From contig CP068257.2 in the NCBI GenBank assembly GCA_009914755.4, positions 42,720,001 through 42,784,000 on the forward strand: 64,000 bases of DNA, in the 5' to 3' direction. Made by a program: the position numbers and the translations under genes. This stretch comes from the human T2T-CHM13v2.0 reference genome, Homo sapiens. Below, one piece after another: positions 13,006 to 29,449 of the stretch. Position 1 is the stretch's first letter. The number at the start of each line of letters is the position of its first letter. The notes under the pieces were generated by a model. It did no database searches. It saw only the letters and a list, made by a program, of their open reading frames with translations, and was not told where the DNA came from.

Positions 13006-14690
13006 GTGAGGCTGACGGGCACGACGGTCACCAGCATGTGGCTGCTTTGCAGAGACACTGTCAGCCTGGTGGGCAGGACCAGGACTCACGGACCGATGCG
13101 GAGAACCCACTGGGTCTGAGTGGGTGCCAGAGCGATTTGCAGAGGGCAGGGCCCAGGTGGTAAACCTCCTGGCTGGGTTCCGGAGGTCAGATCCCAAGAC
13201 AGCACGTGAAAGGAGGGTGTGAACCTCACCCGCAGCACACCAGGGCGGGCTGGGAACGCTGCGGGGCTCAGTGGTGCTGTGAAAAGGGTCTGCTGGATTG
13301 GAGGGGTGGGAGGCAGGCGCTGGGGAGGCCTCAGCCGAGTCGGGCAGCAGGGCAGCTGCTGAGCAATGGCTGTGGGTCGCAGGGTCCAGTCCAGATTGTA
13401 GCCTCATAGGTGAGTTAATGGAGGCATGTAGAGTGGCCTCAGGAGGGGCCATTGCCCCAGTCCAGGGGTAGATTTTGGGTGGCCCCTGCCATGACCCCAG
13501 CCTCCAGAGGGGGTCCGTTGTGAAGGGCCGTGGTTGGCCAGCCCTGGCCACCCCACCAAGCCCTTGACCAGGGGGGTGGGCTCCAGTGGAGAGCCTCTCC
13601 CCTCCCTGTGCCTGCTGCTTCCAGGGTGACCTGACTCAATTCCTGGCAGGATTCTTTGCAGGGGCTGGCACTGGGGCCTTTTCATCCTCAGTTTCCCAGC
13701 AAGCCAGGGCCGGCAGAGCCCTCTGTCTGTGTCTTTCCTGCAGACCCGGGACATCTCCAGGTTCTGAGTGGCTGACATGCGCTTTCCACTGTGTTGAATT
13801 TGGGTTCTGTGGGCAGTGGTGACCCCCAGCTGCAGGCCGCAGGGACACACCTATTTGGCCAGATTGGGCCTGTGGAGAGTGGATTAAAAATGAGCACCCT
13901 CAGGAACCACGGGTGTCGGAAGGGCTGGGTGGAGGTCTTGGCCCCGTTGGCCGATTCAGAAGCAGAGTTTCTCTGACTGGTGATTTGTGGGTGGCACAGT
14001 GACCTTGTTTCCTTCTGTGCTTTGCGATGGTCTCAGAGTGACCTCGTTCTGCACAGATGTCTTCTGAGAGCGTTTTTGTCCGGCAGGAGAATAACATGAT
14101 GTAGCTGCAAGCGTCAGATCAGTTTGTGAAAACATCGTGGTCCGGCTGTGAGCGGCCGCTCAGCTCCCCATGTCAGGGCGGCTTTCCTTCCTTCCCGGTG
14201 CCATTGGGACTTGTCGGGCGGGCCCTGGAGCCCTCTCTCTGCTGGTTGATAAATTATTCAGGCAATTCTCAGAACTGAGTTTAATCTGCTGTTGTTGAAA
14301 GGTGCCTATTTTTAATGCACTCTCCATAGCCAAGCCAAGGCCCTGAAAGTGGTGCTTTCACACACAGCCGTCAGGCCTCAGCAGGGGCTCGGCATTCGCT
14401 GATGCTCCTGCTCAGTGGGGAGGGGCCCAGCCATGCAGCCAGGGTCAGTGCGCTCCTTTAACACGCCTTCTCAGAGTGTCCGTCTACACTGTGGAGGAGT
14501 TGCAGAGCTACCCTCGGGTGCTGCTGCTGGTGGGCGGCCCCGTCAGAGGGGCCCGGGGACCTCCCTGCAGGGGCTCACAGCTGTGGCCAGGAAGAAGTTG
14601 CCCACCCTCGCTCAGCCTTGCCTTTCTCATCTGTTAAGTAGGGGTACTGAGTGCTCGACTCAGACGAGGAAACGAGGCCCTGGCGTCCAT

Positions 14691-14826
14691 ATGGGCTCAG
14701 ACGCTGGGAGCTGCTTCACCCTATGAGGACAGGGCGGGCTGAAGTCCAGGAGACTTTTATGGGCTCAGACGCTGGGAGCTGCTTTACGGTATGAGGATGG
14801 GGGTGCTGAAAGCCAGGAGACCTTTG
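14691..14826. repeat. 68-bp tandem duplication x2
   Basis: atgggctcagacgctgggagctgctt(c/t)ac(c/g)(c/g)tatgagga(c/t)(a/g)gggc/tg... Confidence 0.8.
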
Positions 14827-15187
14827 GCTGCTGGATGAGGGTGGAGTTCGCCAGGGAGCTCAGGATGTGTTTTGGAGTTGTCATGAAAGCTGGACCCCGA
14901 GGGATGGGGCACCGTTGGGGTCTTAGGCATGGAGGTGGAGTGTGAGGAGCCCTCCAGGTGAGGGCAGAGTCTATGTGGAGGCAATGGGGCCAGGCTGCGG
15001 ACGAGGAGAGAAGCAGGGGAGGCCAGGTGTGGCTGGCCTGGGGAGCCAGAGGGAGAAGGCTGAGGCTTACTTTGGGAGCAGTGGGAGCCATGGGAAGATG
15101 CGTTTGTGGAGTTGCTCGCCCTGGACACAGGGGGAAGGTGCTTCAAGGAGGAGTAACTGTAGTAGACATACCTGCTAGGGATGCCAT

Positions 15188-16190
<1,003 letters not shown>

Positions 16191-16508
16191 TGGTGAGGAG
16201 TGGCCTGGGCTTAGCAGGAGGGCTAGGAGGAGCAGCCTCGCATGAAGCTGCACTATCGTCAGGGTGAAGATCCGTTGCCCTTGGATTGTGTTTTCCACCC
16301 AACAGACTCTCACGAACATGATGTATTTGGTCCCCATGGATCTTCATCTGCACCATCTAGGGCAAGAGGAGATGTGGTGGTGTCCTGGCCACAAGCGCAG
16401 GCAGGACCCAAGGCTCTGGCTGTGTCCGGGGCCTCAATTCTATGTGTCCTGGAGGAGGCAGGGGTTCAGGAGTCACTGTGTGTCTCACTTAGAAAATGCT
16501 TGTTGCAG

Positions 16509-16611
16509 ATCCAAGATATCGTCCGGAGGCGGCAGCTGCTGACTGTCTTCCGGGAAGGCAAGGATGGTCAGCAGGACGTGGATGTGGCCATCTTGCAGGC
16601 CTTGCTGAAAG
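16509..16611 (+). CDS. TRPM2: TRPM2 coding exon (approx. exon 9; aa ~406-440)
   Basis: ORF-track frame 16242..16682 gives IQDIVRRRQLLTVFREGKDGQQDVDVAILQALLK. Acceptor tgttgcag|ATC, donor AAAG|gtgagg. Ends phase 1. Confidence 0.88.
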
Positions 16612-18000
16612 GTGAGGGTCAGGGAACATGGGGGCAATGGGGTGGAGGCCAGAACGTGAGCTCTGAGGACGCCAAGTTCTAGTCTTGAAGTGCCATGATT
16701 CTGGGAACCAGAATATTCCTCCTTGGTCAGAAACCCTGGCCAGAGGGCAGCTGGCGACGTGCAGGTGGGCGCCTGCCTGTCACCTGATGTTAGAGGTATG
16801 AGCTCCTTTATTTGTAACTGGAATCCGAGTGCAGCCTGTGTCATTTTTACCTTTGTAGTGGTCATAATTTCTCATAAAACTTCAGGGTGGAAAGAAAGAG
16901 TGCAGAAGTTGCCTCTCTCAACTTCCTGCTTGCTGGCTGCTTTAGCTCCTCTACCTCTGATGCAGGAAAGAGTGTAGAGGTAGAGCAGGGCCTCAGGAAT
17001 GGTGCGATGGACTTGAGCTGTAGTGGCTCTCTGTGTAACTTCTGTTGCTTAGCCTGGCCCATTCTCCAGGCCACAAACATCACTGTCCTCTTCTCATGCC
17101 ACAGGAGAGAAGGCTTATGCCTCTTTGTCTTACCCAGCTGGCACCTGACACTGGGAAGCCTTGGTCTTATATGTGCTCCTCCCGCCCGATGCTGGGCTTC
17201 TCACCCTCCAGGGTCGGAGGCCCCAGGCTGATTCTGAAGGGCTCAGCAGAGTGGGCCCAGGCTGGGATCAGCAGGGAACTTTTGTGATAAAGGCCAGACT
17301 TTCATCTTGTTTCTGTGTTGATTTGAGACTCCCCTTATCAAGGACTTGATGTTGTGCATAAAACCTCACACAAACAGCGAGATGATAGACTACATATTAG
17401 ACCACAAATTAAGCCTTAATTTATCTCTCAATAGATTTAAGATAGATATTATACAAATTATCTTCTCTGACAACAAGATGAAGTTAGGAATTAATAATGG
17501 ATGTAAAAGTGGAAAATTCCCAAAGTTGTGGAAACTAAACGACACTACCTTACACAGCCAATGGATGAAAGAAGAAATCAAAAAGGAAATCAAGAAACCA
17601 ATGAAAACAAAAGCACAATATATCAAAGCTTATGGGACATAGCAAAAACAATGCTAATGGAGAAGTTTATAGCTATAAATGCTTACATTAAAAAATAAGA
17701 TCTTAAACCAACAACCTAACTTTACAACTTAAGTAATTAGAAAAATAAGAACAAATGAAATCCAAAAGTAGCAGAATGAAGGAAATAGTACAGATTAGAG
17801 CAGAGATCAATGACATAAAGAATAGAAAATTGCAGAGAAAATCAATAAAGTGAAAAATTGGTTATTTGAAAAGATCAACAAAATTGACACACATTTAGCT
17901 AACTGGACTAAGAAAAAAGAAAGAAGATTCATATTACTAAAATTAGAAATGAAAGTAGGGACATTACTCCTGACTCTACAGAAGTAAAAGGATTCTGTGA

Positions 18001-18462
18001 ATAATTGTATGCCAACATGTTGGATAACCTAGATGTGTTAGTCTGTTTTATGTGACTAAAACAGAATACCACAGACTAAGTACTTTATAAACTACCTAGT
18101 ACTTTATAAATCAATCACTGACCATCCTTGCCTTCCCAGAGGATGGTCAGCATCTGGCAAAATTGAGGGGCCAGCATCTGGCAAGGGCCTGCCTCATGTC
18201 ATTCCAGAATGGCAGCACATACATGCCCTTCCACTGGAAGGCAGAAGGGTAAGGGAGCACACAGATGCATGAAAGAGAGTAAGAAAGCAAGAGGGAGCTA
18301 AACTTGCTTTTTATAACAAGCCCACTCTTGAAATAACTAACCCACTCCCAAAATAAGACATTAATCCATTCATGAAGGCTTTGCCCTGTAATGGATCACC
18401 TCTATTAGGCCCCACCTCCCAACATTATTATACTGGGGATTACATTTACAACACATGAACTT
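18001..18462. mobile_element. Solo LTR (ERVL/MaLR-like) nested in L1
   Basis: The insert begins TGttagtctgttttatg and ends ...caagccatagCA, the TG...CA hallmark. It splits the L1 ORF2 sequence and is flanked by a duplicated 'ctagatg' (putative TSD). Family is uncertain. Confidence 0.5.
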
Positions 18463-19394
18463 TGGGGAAAACATTCAAGCCATAGCACTAGATGAAATGA
18501 ACATATTTCTAGAAGCACAAAACCTACCAAGACTAAATCATAAAAAAATCAAAACTCTGAATAGACCTATAAGTAGTAAGGAGACTGAATCAGTAATAAA
18601 AAATCTCCCCATAAAAGTTTTAGGGCTGATAGCTTCACTGGTGAATTCTACCAAATGTTTAAAGAACTAACACCAATCCTTCTCAAACTTTCCCCAACAA
18701 TTCAAGAAGGAAGGCTTCCTAATTCATTCTGTGAGGCCAGCATTATTCTGATACCAAAGACAGACACTACAAGAAAAGAAAACTACAGACCAATATCCAT
18801 TATGAACATTGATACGAAATTCTTCAACAAAATATTAGCATACAAAATTCAGTAGCATTAACAGGATTATACACTATGACTACATGAGATTTATTCCTGG
18901 AATGCAAGGATGGTTCAACATATGAAAATTAATCAATACACCACATTAACAGAATGATGGGGAAAAAACATGATTATCTCAACTGATACATTTGACAAAA
19001 TTTGACACCCTTTCATGGTAAAAACATTCAACAAATTAGGAATAAAAGGAAACTACCTTGATGTAATAAAAGCCATATATGAAAAACTCCCAGCGAATAT
19101 CATGTTCAATGGTGAAAGACTGGGACATAGCAAAAACAGTGCTAATGGAGAAATTTATAGCTATACATGCTTACATTAAAAAATAAGATCTTAAACCAAC
19201 AACCTAACTTTACAGCTTAAGTAATTAGAAAAATAAGAACAAATGAAATCTTTTCCTCCAAGATAGAAATAAGGGAAGGATGCATACTTTCACCACTTCT
19301 ATTCAACATTGCGTTGGAAGTTCAAGCCAGAGCAATTAGACAAGAAAAAGAAATAAAACTTATAAATTGGGAAGGAAGAAGTAGAATTATTTGT

Positions 19395-19795
19395 TCACAG
19401 ATGATATGATTTTCGTATTTGTCCATTTTCACACTGCTATAAAGAAATGCCCAAGACTGGGTAATTTATAAAGGAAAGAGGTTAAATTGACTCACAGTTC
19501 AGCATGCCTTGGAAGGCCTCAGGAAACTTACAATCATGGTGGAAGATGAAGGGGAAGAAAGGCACTGTCTTCACAAGGTGACAGGAAGAAGAGGTGCCAA
19601 ATGAAGAAGGAAGAGCCCCTTCTAAAACCATCAGATCTCATGAGAACTTACTACCATGAGAACAGCATAGGGGAAACTGTCCCCACAATCCAACTACCTC
19701 CACCTGGTCTCTCCCTTGACACATGGGGATCATAGGGATTATAATTCAAGATGAGATTTGGGTGGGGACACAAAGCCTAACCATATCAATTTTCT
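19395..19795 (-). mobile_element. THE1/MST-type MaLR LTR
   Basis: tgtccattttcacactgctataaagaaatgcccaagactgggtaatttataaaggaaagaggttaaattgactcacagttc...ttataattcaagatgagatttgggtggggacacaaagcctaaccatatca, the reverse complement of the THE1 LTR consensus. Confidence 0.75.
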
Positions 19796-19897
19796 ATGCA
19801 GAAAACTAAAGATTCTACAACATACCCCTGAACTAAGAAATGAATTCAGCAAAGTAGCAGGACACAAAATCAATACACAAAAATCTGCCACATTTGC

Positions 19898-20315
<418 letters not shown>

Positions 20316-20562
20316 TTAATTAAACCAAGGGGGTGAAAGACTTGTACAATGAAAACTGTAAAACATTGCTGAAAGAAATGAAAGAAGACATAAATAAATG
20401 GAAAGACATCCCATGTTCATGAATTGGAAGCCTTAATATTGTTAAGATGTCAGTACTACTCAAAGCAATCTACAGATCCAATGCAATTCCTATCAAAACC
20501 CCAGTGATTTTTTTTTTTTTGCAGAAATAGAAAAGCCCATCCTAAAATTCATGTGGAGTCTA

Positions 20563-20984
<422 letters not shown>

Positions 20985-22338
20985 CCCAAAAAGATATGGA
21001 GACCAATGGAATAGAATAGTGAGCCCAAAAATAAACCCTCGCATATATGGTCAAATGATATTTGACAGGAATGCAAAAATCATTCAGTGAGGAGAGGGAC
21101 AGTCTTTTCAACAAATGATGCTGGATAAACTGGATATCCACATGCCAAAGAATCAAGTTAGACCCTTACCTAACACCATATACAAAAACTAACTCAAAGT
21201 AGATCAAGGACTTCTGAATATAAGACCTAAACTCTTAGAAGAAAGCACAGGGCAAAAACTTCATGACAAAGGATTTGGCAGTGATTTCTTGGCCATGACA
21301 CCTAAGGCACAGGAAACAAAAGAAAAAATAGATAAATTGGACTTTATGAAAATTAAATAATTTTGTGCATCAAAAGATATTATCAACAGAGTAAAAAGGC
21401 AACCCATGGAATGGGAGAAAATATTTGCAAATCATACATATGGTAAGGGATTGGTATCCAGAATATATAGAGAACTCCTATAACTCAACAATAAAAAAAA
21501 AACACAATTCAAAAATGGGCAAAGGACTTAAATAGACATTTCTTTAAAGAAGTCGTACAAATGGCCAATAAGCACGTGAAAAGATGCTCAGCATCACTAA
21601 TCATTAGAGAAATGCAGATCAAAACTAAGAGATATCATTTCAAACACATTAGGATAGCTACTATAGAAAAGAACAGAAAATCACAAATGTTGGCCAGTGT
21701 GTGGAGAAACTGGAGCCCTTGTGCACTGCTGGTGGATATGTAACATGGTGCAGCTGCCGTGGAAAACAGGATGACAGTTCCTTAAATATTTAAAAATACA
21801 ATTCCTATATGATCCAGCTATTCCACTCCTCAGATACATATGCCACTCCCCACCCCCAAATTTAAAGCAGGGTCTGGAAGAGATATGTGTATACTCATGT
21901 TCATAGCTGCATTATCCACAATAGCTAAAAAGTGGAAGCAGCCCAAGTGTCCATTGACAGAAGAATAGATAAGCAAAATGTGGTCTATACCTACAATGGA
22001 ATATTACTGAGCTTTAAAAAGGAAGGAAATTCTGACACATGCTGCAACATGGTTGAACCCTTAAGACATTATGTTAAGTGAAATAAGCCAGTCACAAAAG
22101 GACAAATACTATATGATTCCAGTTACAAGAGGTCCCTGGAGTAGTCAAATTCATGGAGACAGAAAGTAGAATGGTGGGTGCCAGGATCTGGGGGAGAGGT
22201 GAATGAGGAGTTAATGTTTAATGGGGATAGAGTTTTAGTTTCCAAGATAAAAAGATATATGGAGAAGGACAGTGATGATGGCTGCACAACATTATGAATA
22301 TACTTAAGACCAGTGAACTGTACGCTTAAAAATATTTG

Positions 22339-22656
22339 GCTGGGTGAGCTGGCTCATGCCTATAATCGCAGCACTTTGGGAGGCTGAGGTGGGAGGATCA
22401 CTTGAGCCCAGCCTAGGCAACATGGAGAACCCTGTCACTACAAAAAAAAAAAAAAAAAAAAAAAACTAGTCAGGCATGGTAGCACACACCTGTACTCTTA
22501 GTTACTCAAGAGGCTGAGGTGGGAGGATTGCTTGAGCCCAGGACGTTGAGGCTGCAATAAGCCTTATGATTATAAATATGATCACAGCACTGTGCTCCAG
22601 CCTGGGTGACAGAGGAAGACCCTGTCTCAAAAACAAAAACAAAAACAACCCAAAAA
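22339..22656 (+). mobile_element. Alu SINE
   Basis: ggctgggtgagctggctcatgcctataatcgcagcactttgggaggctgagg..., with a long A-rich linker. Confidence 0.85.
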
Positions 22657-22929
22657 GTTAAGATGGTAAATTTTATGCTACACGTATTTTACCACAGTTT
22701 AAAAACATAATGAATTTTAAAATATCAACTTTATGAAGGTTCAGCTTAGAGACAATAAGCTCCCTCAATTCTAAATGTACTGTATAACAAGCACAGACAC
22801 CGTGACCCACCACAGTCTCCATACAGGACATCTCCCCTATCCTGAATATTCCCTCATGGCCCTTTGTAGTTAAGCCTCCCTCCAGACTGGCTCTGGAAAT
22901 CATCTGTCTGCTTTCTGTCACTCTAGATT

Positions 22930-24185
<1,256 letters not shown>

Positions 24186-24696
24186 TTAAAAAGTTAAACC
24201 AGAAAGGGAACACAGAAACTACTTGAGCAAAATAACTTGTCCTGAGAACCAGTGAGGTGGTTGTTACTGTTGAACATTTACAGGCAGTTGAGGCAGGAAA
24301 GGAAATGTGATGGCTTCTGAGTCCTGAGTTTTGGATGTTAGTGTAAGATGCCTGCCCTCCAGAGACCTATGTCTTCTTAAAACAGTGAGGCCCTTTTCTT
24401 GCTTACTGCCCACCTGTCGCTTAGGGGCCAGGGCATGGCCAGGAGGAGGGCAGGGGAAACAGGAGTGAGTGGACGTGATGACCAAAGCCCCAAGATTCAC
24501 TGATTCTGACTCCGAAATGGAACATGCTTTTGCAAGGCTGTGTGTATGGGAGGAGGTCACTGGGTGCTGCGCCTGTCACTTTGAATTGTTGAGAGGCAAG
24601 GGCTCATGACACATCCCTGACTCTGACATCATTTCCCTGGAGGGAAATGGCTTTGAGCTCCAGATCGAGGCCCAATATGCACCTGTTCATCTGCAG

Positions 24697-24818
24697 CCTC
24701 ACGGAGCCAAGACCACTTTGGCCACGAGAACTGGGACCACCAGCTGAAACTGGCAGTGGCATGGAATCGCGTGGACATTGCCCGCAGTGAGATCTTCATG
24801 GATGAGTGGCAGTGGAAG
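24697..24818 (+). CDS. TRPM2: TRPM2 coding exon (approx. exon 10; aa ~440-480)
   Basis: Manual translation gives (A)SRSQDHFGHENWDHQLKLAVAWNRVDIARSEIFMDEWQWK. Acceptor catctgcag|CC, donor AAG|gtaagt. Frame cross-checked against the GTG-initiated ORF at 24806. No direct ORF-track support, so coordinates are +/-2. Confidence 0.85.
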
Positions 24819-25064
24819 GTAAGTCTTCCAGAGCACCCCGTGGAGGGGCCTACTGGGCCCACATGCATTGCACCACTGAAGCAAGGGCAGGCAAAGTTCG
24901 CATTGTCTGGATCCCAGCCCTTCCCTTGAGGGTGGGTGACCTGGGCAGCTTTCATCCTCCCCAGGTTGGGGACAACAGCAGCCCCCATCTCCAGGGTCTT
25001 TGAGATCAGGATGACATGGGGTGATGACCAAATGCAACCGTCACTGCACAATGCTTGCTCTCAG

Positions 25065-25418
25065 CCTTCAGATCTGCACCCCACGATGACAGCTGCACTC
25101 ATCTCCAACAAGCCTGAGTTTGTGAAGCTCTTCCTGGAGAACGGGGTGCAGCTGAAGGAGTTTGTCACCTGGGACACCTTGCTCTACCTGTACGAGAACC
25201 TGGACCCCTCCTGCCTGTTCCACAGCAAGCTGCAGAAGGTGCTGGTGGAGGAGCCCGAGCGCCCGGCTTGCGCGCCCGCGGCGCCCCGCCTGCAGATGCA
25301 CCACGTGGCCCAGGTGCTGCGGGAGCTGCTGGGGGACTTCACGCAGCCGCTTTATCCCCGGCCCCGGCACAACGACCGGCTGCGGCTCCTGCTGCCCGTT
25401 CCCCACGTCAAGCTCAAC
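25065..25418 (+). CDS. TRPM2: TRPM2 coding exon (approx. exon 11; aa ~481-598)
   Basis: ORF-track frame 24936..25496 gives PSDLHPTMTAALISNKPEFVKLFLENGVQLKEFVTWDTLLYLYENLDPSCLFHSKLQKVLVEEPERPACAPAAPRLQMHHVAQVLRELLGDFTQPLYPRPRHNDRLRLLLPVPHVKLN. Acceptor ctctcag|CCT, donor AAC|gtgcgt. 118 codons. This is the CpG-rich exon that is internally spliced in the reported TRPM2-deltaN isoform. Codon ~543 is GAG (Glu). Confidence 0.9.
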
Positions 25419-25560
25419 GTGCGTGCTGGTAACGGGGCCCATCCTGGACTCGTCTTCGCGGGCTACTGCTATGTTCTTAGAGCTCTCTGTTTTTAAAATT
25501 AGCTTTTATTTTTATTAGAAAAGACACATGCTCTATCTTAGGCTGCTTGGGCTGCTGTAA

Positions 25561-26359
<799 letters not shown>

Positions 26360-26724
26360 CACCCCTCTTTTTATAAAGAGAACACACCTATCCACTTAGG
26401 AACCCACAATGTGGCCTCGTTTAACCTTAATTACCTTCTTAAAGGCCCTATCTCCAAATGCTATAGTCACACTGGGGGTTAGGGCTTCAACATATGAATT
26501 TTAGGGGGGACAGAGTTGCGTCCATAACATACCCTTTCTAAAAGTTCCAAACAGTACAAAAGGTTCTGCAGGGAGCGTGATCCCCCTGCCCTGAGCCCCA
26601 CTGCTGCCCACTATGTATGCTGGTTTTTTCCGACAGTCAGGTCAGTAACATTCCACCGTATTTTTGTGAGATGCCCAGGGTGCACTGCAGCTGTGGGAGA
26701 GTGGATGCTGTAGTCTGCACCCTG

Positions 26725-26985
26725 TGATTCAATGGGAGCCCTGCTCTAGTCTCACCTTTATTTAATGGTGAGACTGCCCCAGTCTCCAACCTTATTCAAG
26801 GGAACCCTGCTCTAATCTCCACCCTTATCCAATGGGAACCCTGCTCTAATCTCCACCCTTATTCAATAGGAACCCTGCCCTAGTCTCCACCCTGATTCAG
26901 TGGGAACCCTGCCGTAATCTCCACCCTGATTCAATGAGAATCCTGCCCTAGTCTGTTTACCCTTTTTCAGTGGGAACCTTGCAGT
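26725..26985. repeat. ~37-bp tandem repeat x~7
   Basis: Unit attcaatgggaaccctgctctaatctccacccttat. Confidence 0.85.
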
Positions 26986-27668
26986 GACTCAATGTCAGGA
27001 ATGATGCTGGATTTTGTATTTGTATTTCCTCTTGGGAGTATTTATCTCTGATTCATTAAGGTTTTACAAAGCAAAGCATCAGATGCCTTTGAGAAGATTG
27101 AGCTCCTTTTCTTCTTTGACCTATGAATTTGGTGAATTATTTTAATAGATTTTCTGATAGTGAAACATGTTTTTATCCCTGTTTTGAATTTCAGCTTGGC
27201 CTCAGTGCAAGTTTAATATACTGGATTCTCTTGGCAACATTTTCAGGATGTTTGCATCAGAATGCTTAAGGCTTTGATTGCAGTTTTATTTGGGGGGCTA
27301 TATTTGTCAGGCTCTGATATCAATTTTATGTTAGTTTTGTAAAAACCATTTGGGAAGCTTTCTTTCCTTCTCCGCTCCAGGACAGTTTATGTAGCTGGAG
27401 TTAACTACTTCTTATAAGCTTGGTCGACTCCCCTGTGAGTCCATCTGGACCCAGTGCCTTTTTTTTTTAATTGGTAATAGTTCTAGTAACTTTCTCAGTT
27501 TCTTTTCTGATTATTTTTCTGTTTAGGTTCTCTATCTCTTCTAAGATCACATTTTTTTTTTTTTCCTGCTAGAAAATTGTCTGTTTCCTCCAGGTTTTCC
27601 AATCGATCCATTGTTCCAGGTGAGCTCTGTCTGACTCTTGAGAAAGACATGGGTATGACTTGGTTTCT

Positions 27669-27964
27669 TTGTTTTTTGTTTTTGAGACAAAGTTTTGCTC
27701 TTGTTGCCCAGGCTGGAGTGCAATGGTATAATCTCTGCTTACTGCAACCTCTGCCTCCTGGGTTCAATTGAGTCTCTTGCCTAAGCCTCCCAAGTAGCTG
27801 GGATTACAGGCGCCCACCACCATGCCCAGCTAATTTTTTGTATTAGTAGAGATGGAGTTTCACCATGTTGGCCAGGCTGATCTGGATCTCCTGACCTTAG
27901 GATCCACCCATCTTGGCCTCCCAAAGTGCTGGGATTACAGGCGTGAGCCACCGTGCCAGGCCGG
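27669..27964 (-). mobile_element. Alu SINE
   Basis: Antisense Alu, ending gctgggattacaggcgtgagccaccgtgccaggccgg. Confidence 0.85.
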
Positions 27965-28048
27965 GTATGGCTTGGTTTTATACATTCACGATCTGCACTT
28001 CTTAAGTCCAGTGCGTTTATTTAAGACGCTCAGTTGGAATATGCTTAG

Positions 28049-28414
<366 letters not shown>

Positions 28415-29207
28415 GTATGGCTTGGTTTTATACATTCACAATCTGCGCTTCTTAAGTCCAGTGCGTTTATTTAAGACACTCAGTTGGAATATGCTTAGGA
28501 AGGTCCAAAGCAGAAGCTCAGGCTTATCTGTACCTGTGGTTTAGGAAGAAAAACACATTTCTTTATAATGAAAAACCTTCAGGAAATTTCTAGGATCACT
28601 TGAGGTGTGTTTTGTACAGTATGTGATGTGGGAGATGGTTTTTTTTCTACTTCTGGGGAGCGTTTCCCAGCTACCTGAGTACGTGTTTCCTGGTCCGGGG
28701 AAAAGCCTAGCCATGCAGGGAGGTGGGTCTGGGCAAGGTGCCCTGTGCTTGCTCGTGAGTGAGCCATATTGCCCACCTGACAGATCTTTCCTAGTGGCCT
28801 CTCTGCCAGAGACACTGCAGGAGAGTCCCTCAGGGAGAAGACAGTCACTGACCTATTAACATACTCCACTGTGCTAGAATTTTGCTTCGTTGAAAGCAGC
28901 TTTGATGCCATCAGATAAGACTGGGGAACTTGAAGTGCCTGGCATGAAACAAGAGTCTACACATGTTGGTAAAGGAGTTAGACGGGCGTTTCACTTTCTA
29001 GATGTCTCCAGAACAGTGTTTTAAAAAACTTCAGTGTGCATAAGAATGATCTAGGGTGTTGCTGAAAATGCAGGTTGTAGTTCTCCAGGGACAGTGAGAT
29101 CCTGAGAAGGTCGGGGCTGGGGTCAGGGCCTGCACCTCTGACAGGCTCCGCCAGTGACTCTGAGCCAGGCGGCCCGGCTGGGGCTCTGACAGTTCACTGC
29201 TCACCAG

Positions 29208-29345
29208 GTGCAGGGAGTGAGCCTCCGGTCCCTCTACAAGCGTTCCTCAGGCCATGTGACCTTCACCATGGACCCCATCCGTGACCTTCTCATTTGGGCC
29301 ATTGTCCAGAACCGTCGGGAGCTGGCAGGAATCATCTGGGCTCAG
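29208..29345 (+). CDS. TRPM2: TRPM2 coding exon (approx. exon 12; aa ~599-644)
   Basis: Manual translation gives VQGVSLRSLYKRSSGHVTFTMDPIRDLLIWAIVQNRRELAGIIWAQ. Acceptor tcaccag|GTG, donor CAG|gtaata. The end was fixed by the frame of the TTG-initiated ORF 29294..30385, so coordinates are +/-2. Confidence 0.85.
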
Positions 29346-29449
29346 GTAATAAGACTGGCTTCTCAGTCTCAGCAGACACAGCTATAGGCCAGCGGCCAGC
29401 TGGGGAGTGTGGCTGGAGAGAGTGGCTGGAGAGCCTGAGGCCAAGTGCA

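Noticed and set aside
12667-13551. 294-aa minus-strand ORF antisense to exon 8, and similar GC-rich antisense ORFs (e.g. 39745..40344, 40395..41000)
   Set aside because: The sequence is GC-rich and overlaps sense TRPM2 exons and introns. There is no splice or start support and the composition is typical of chance ORFs in GC-rich DNA.
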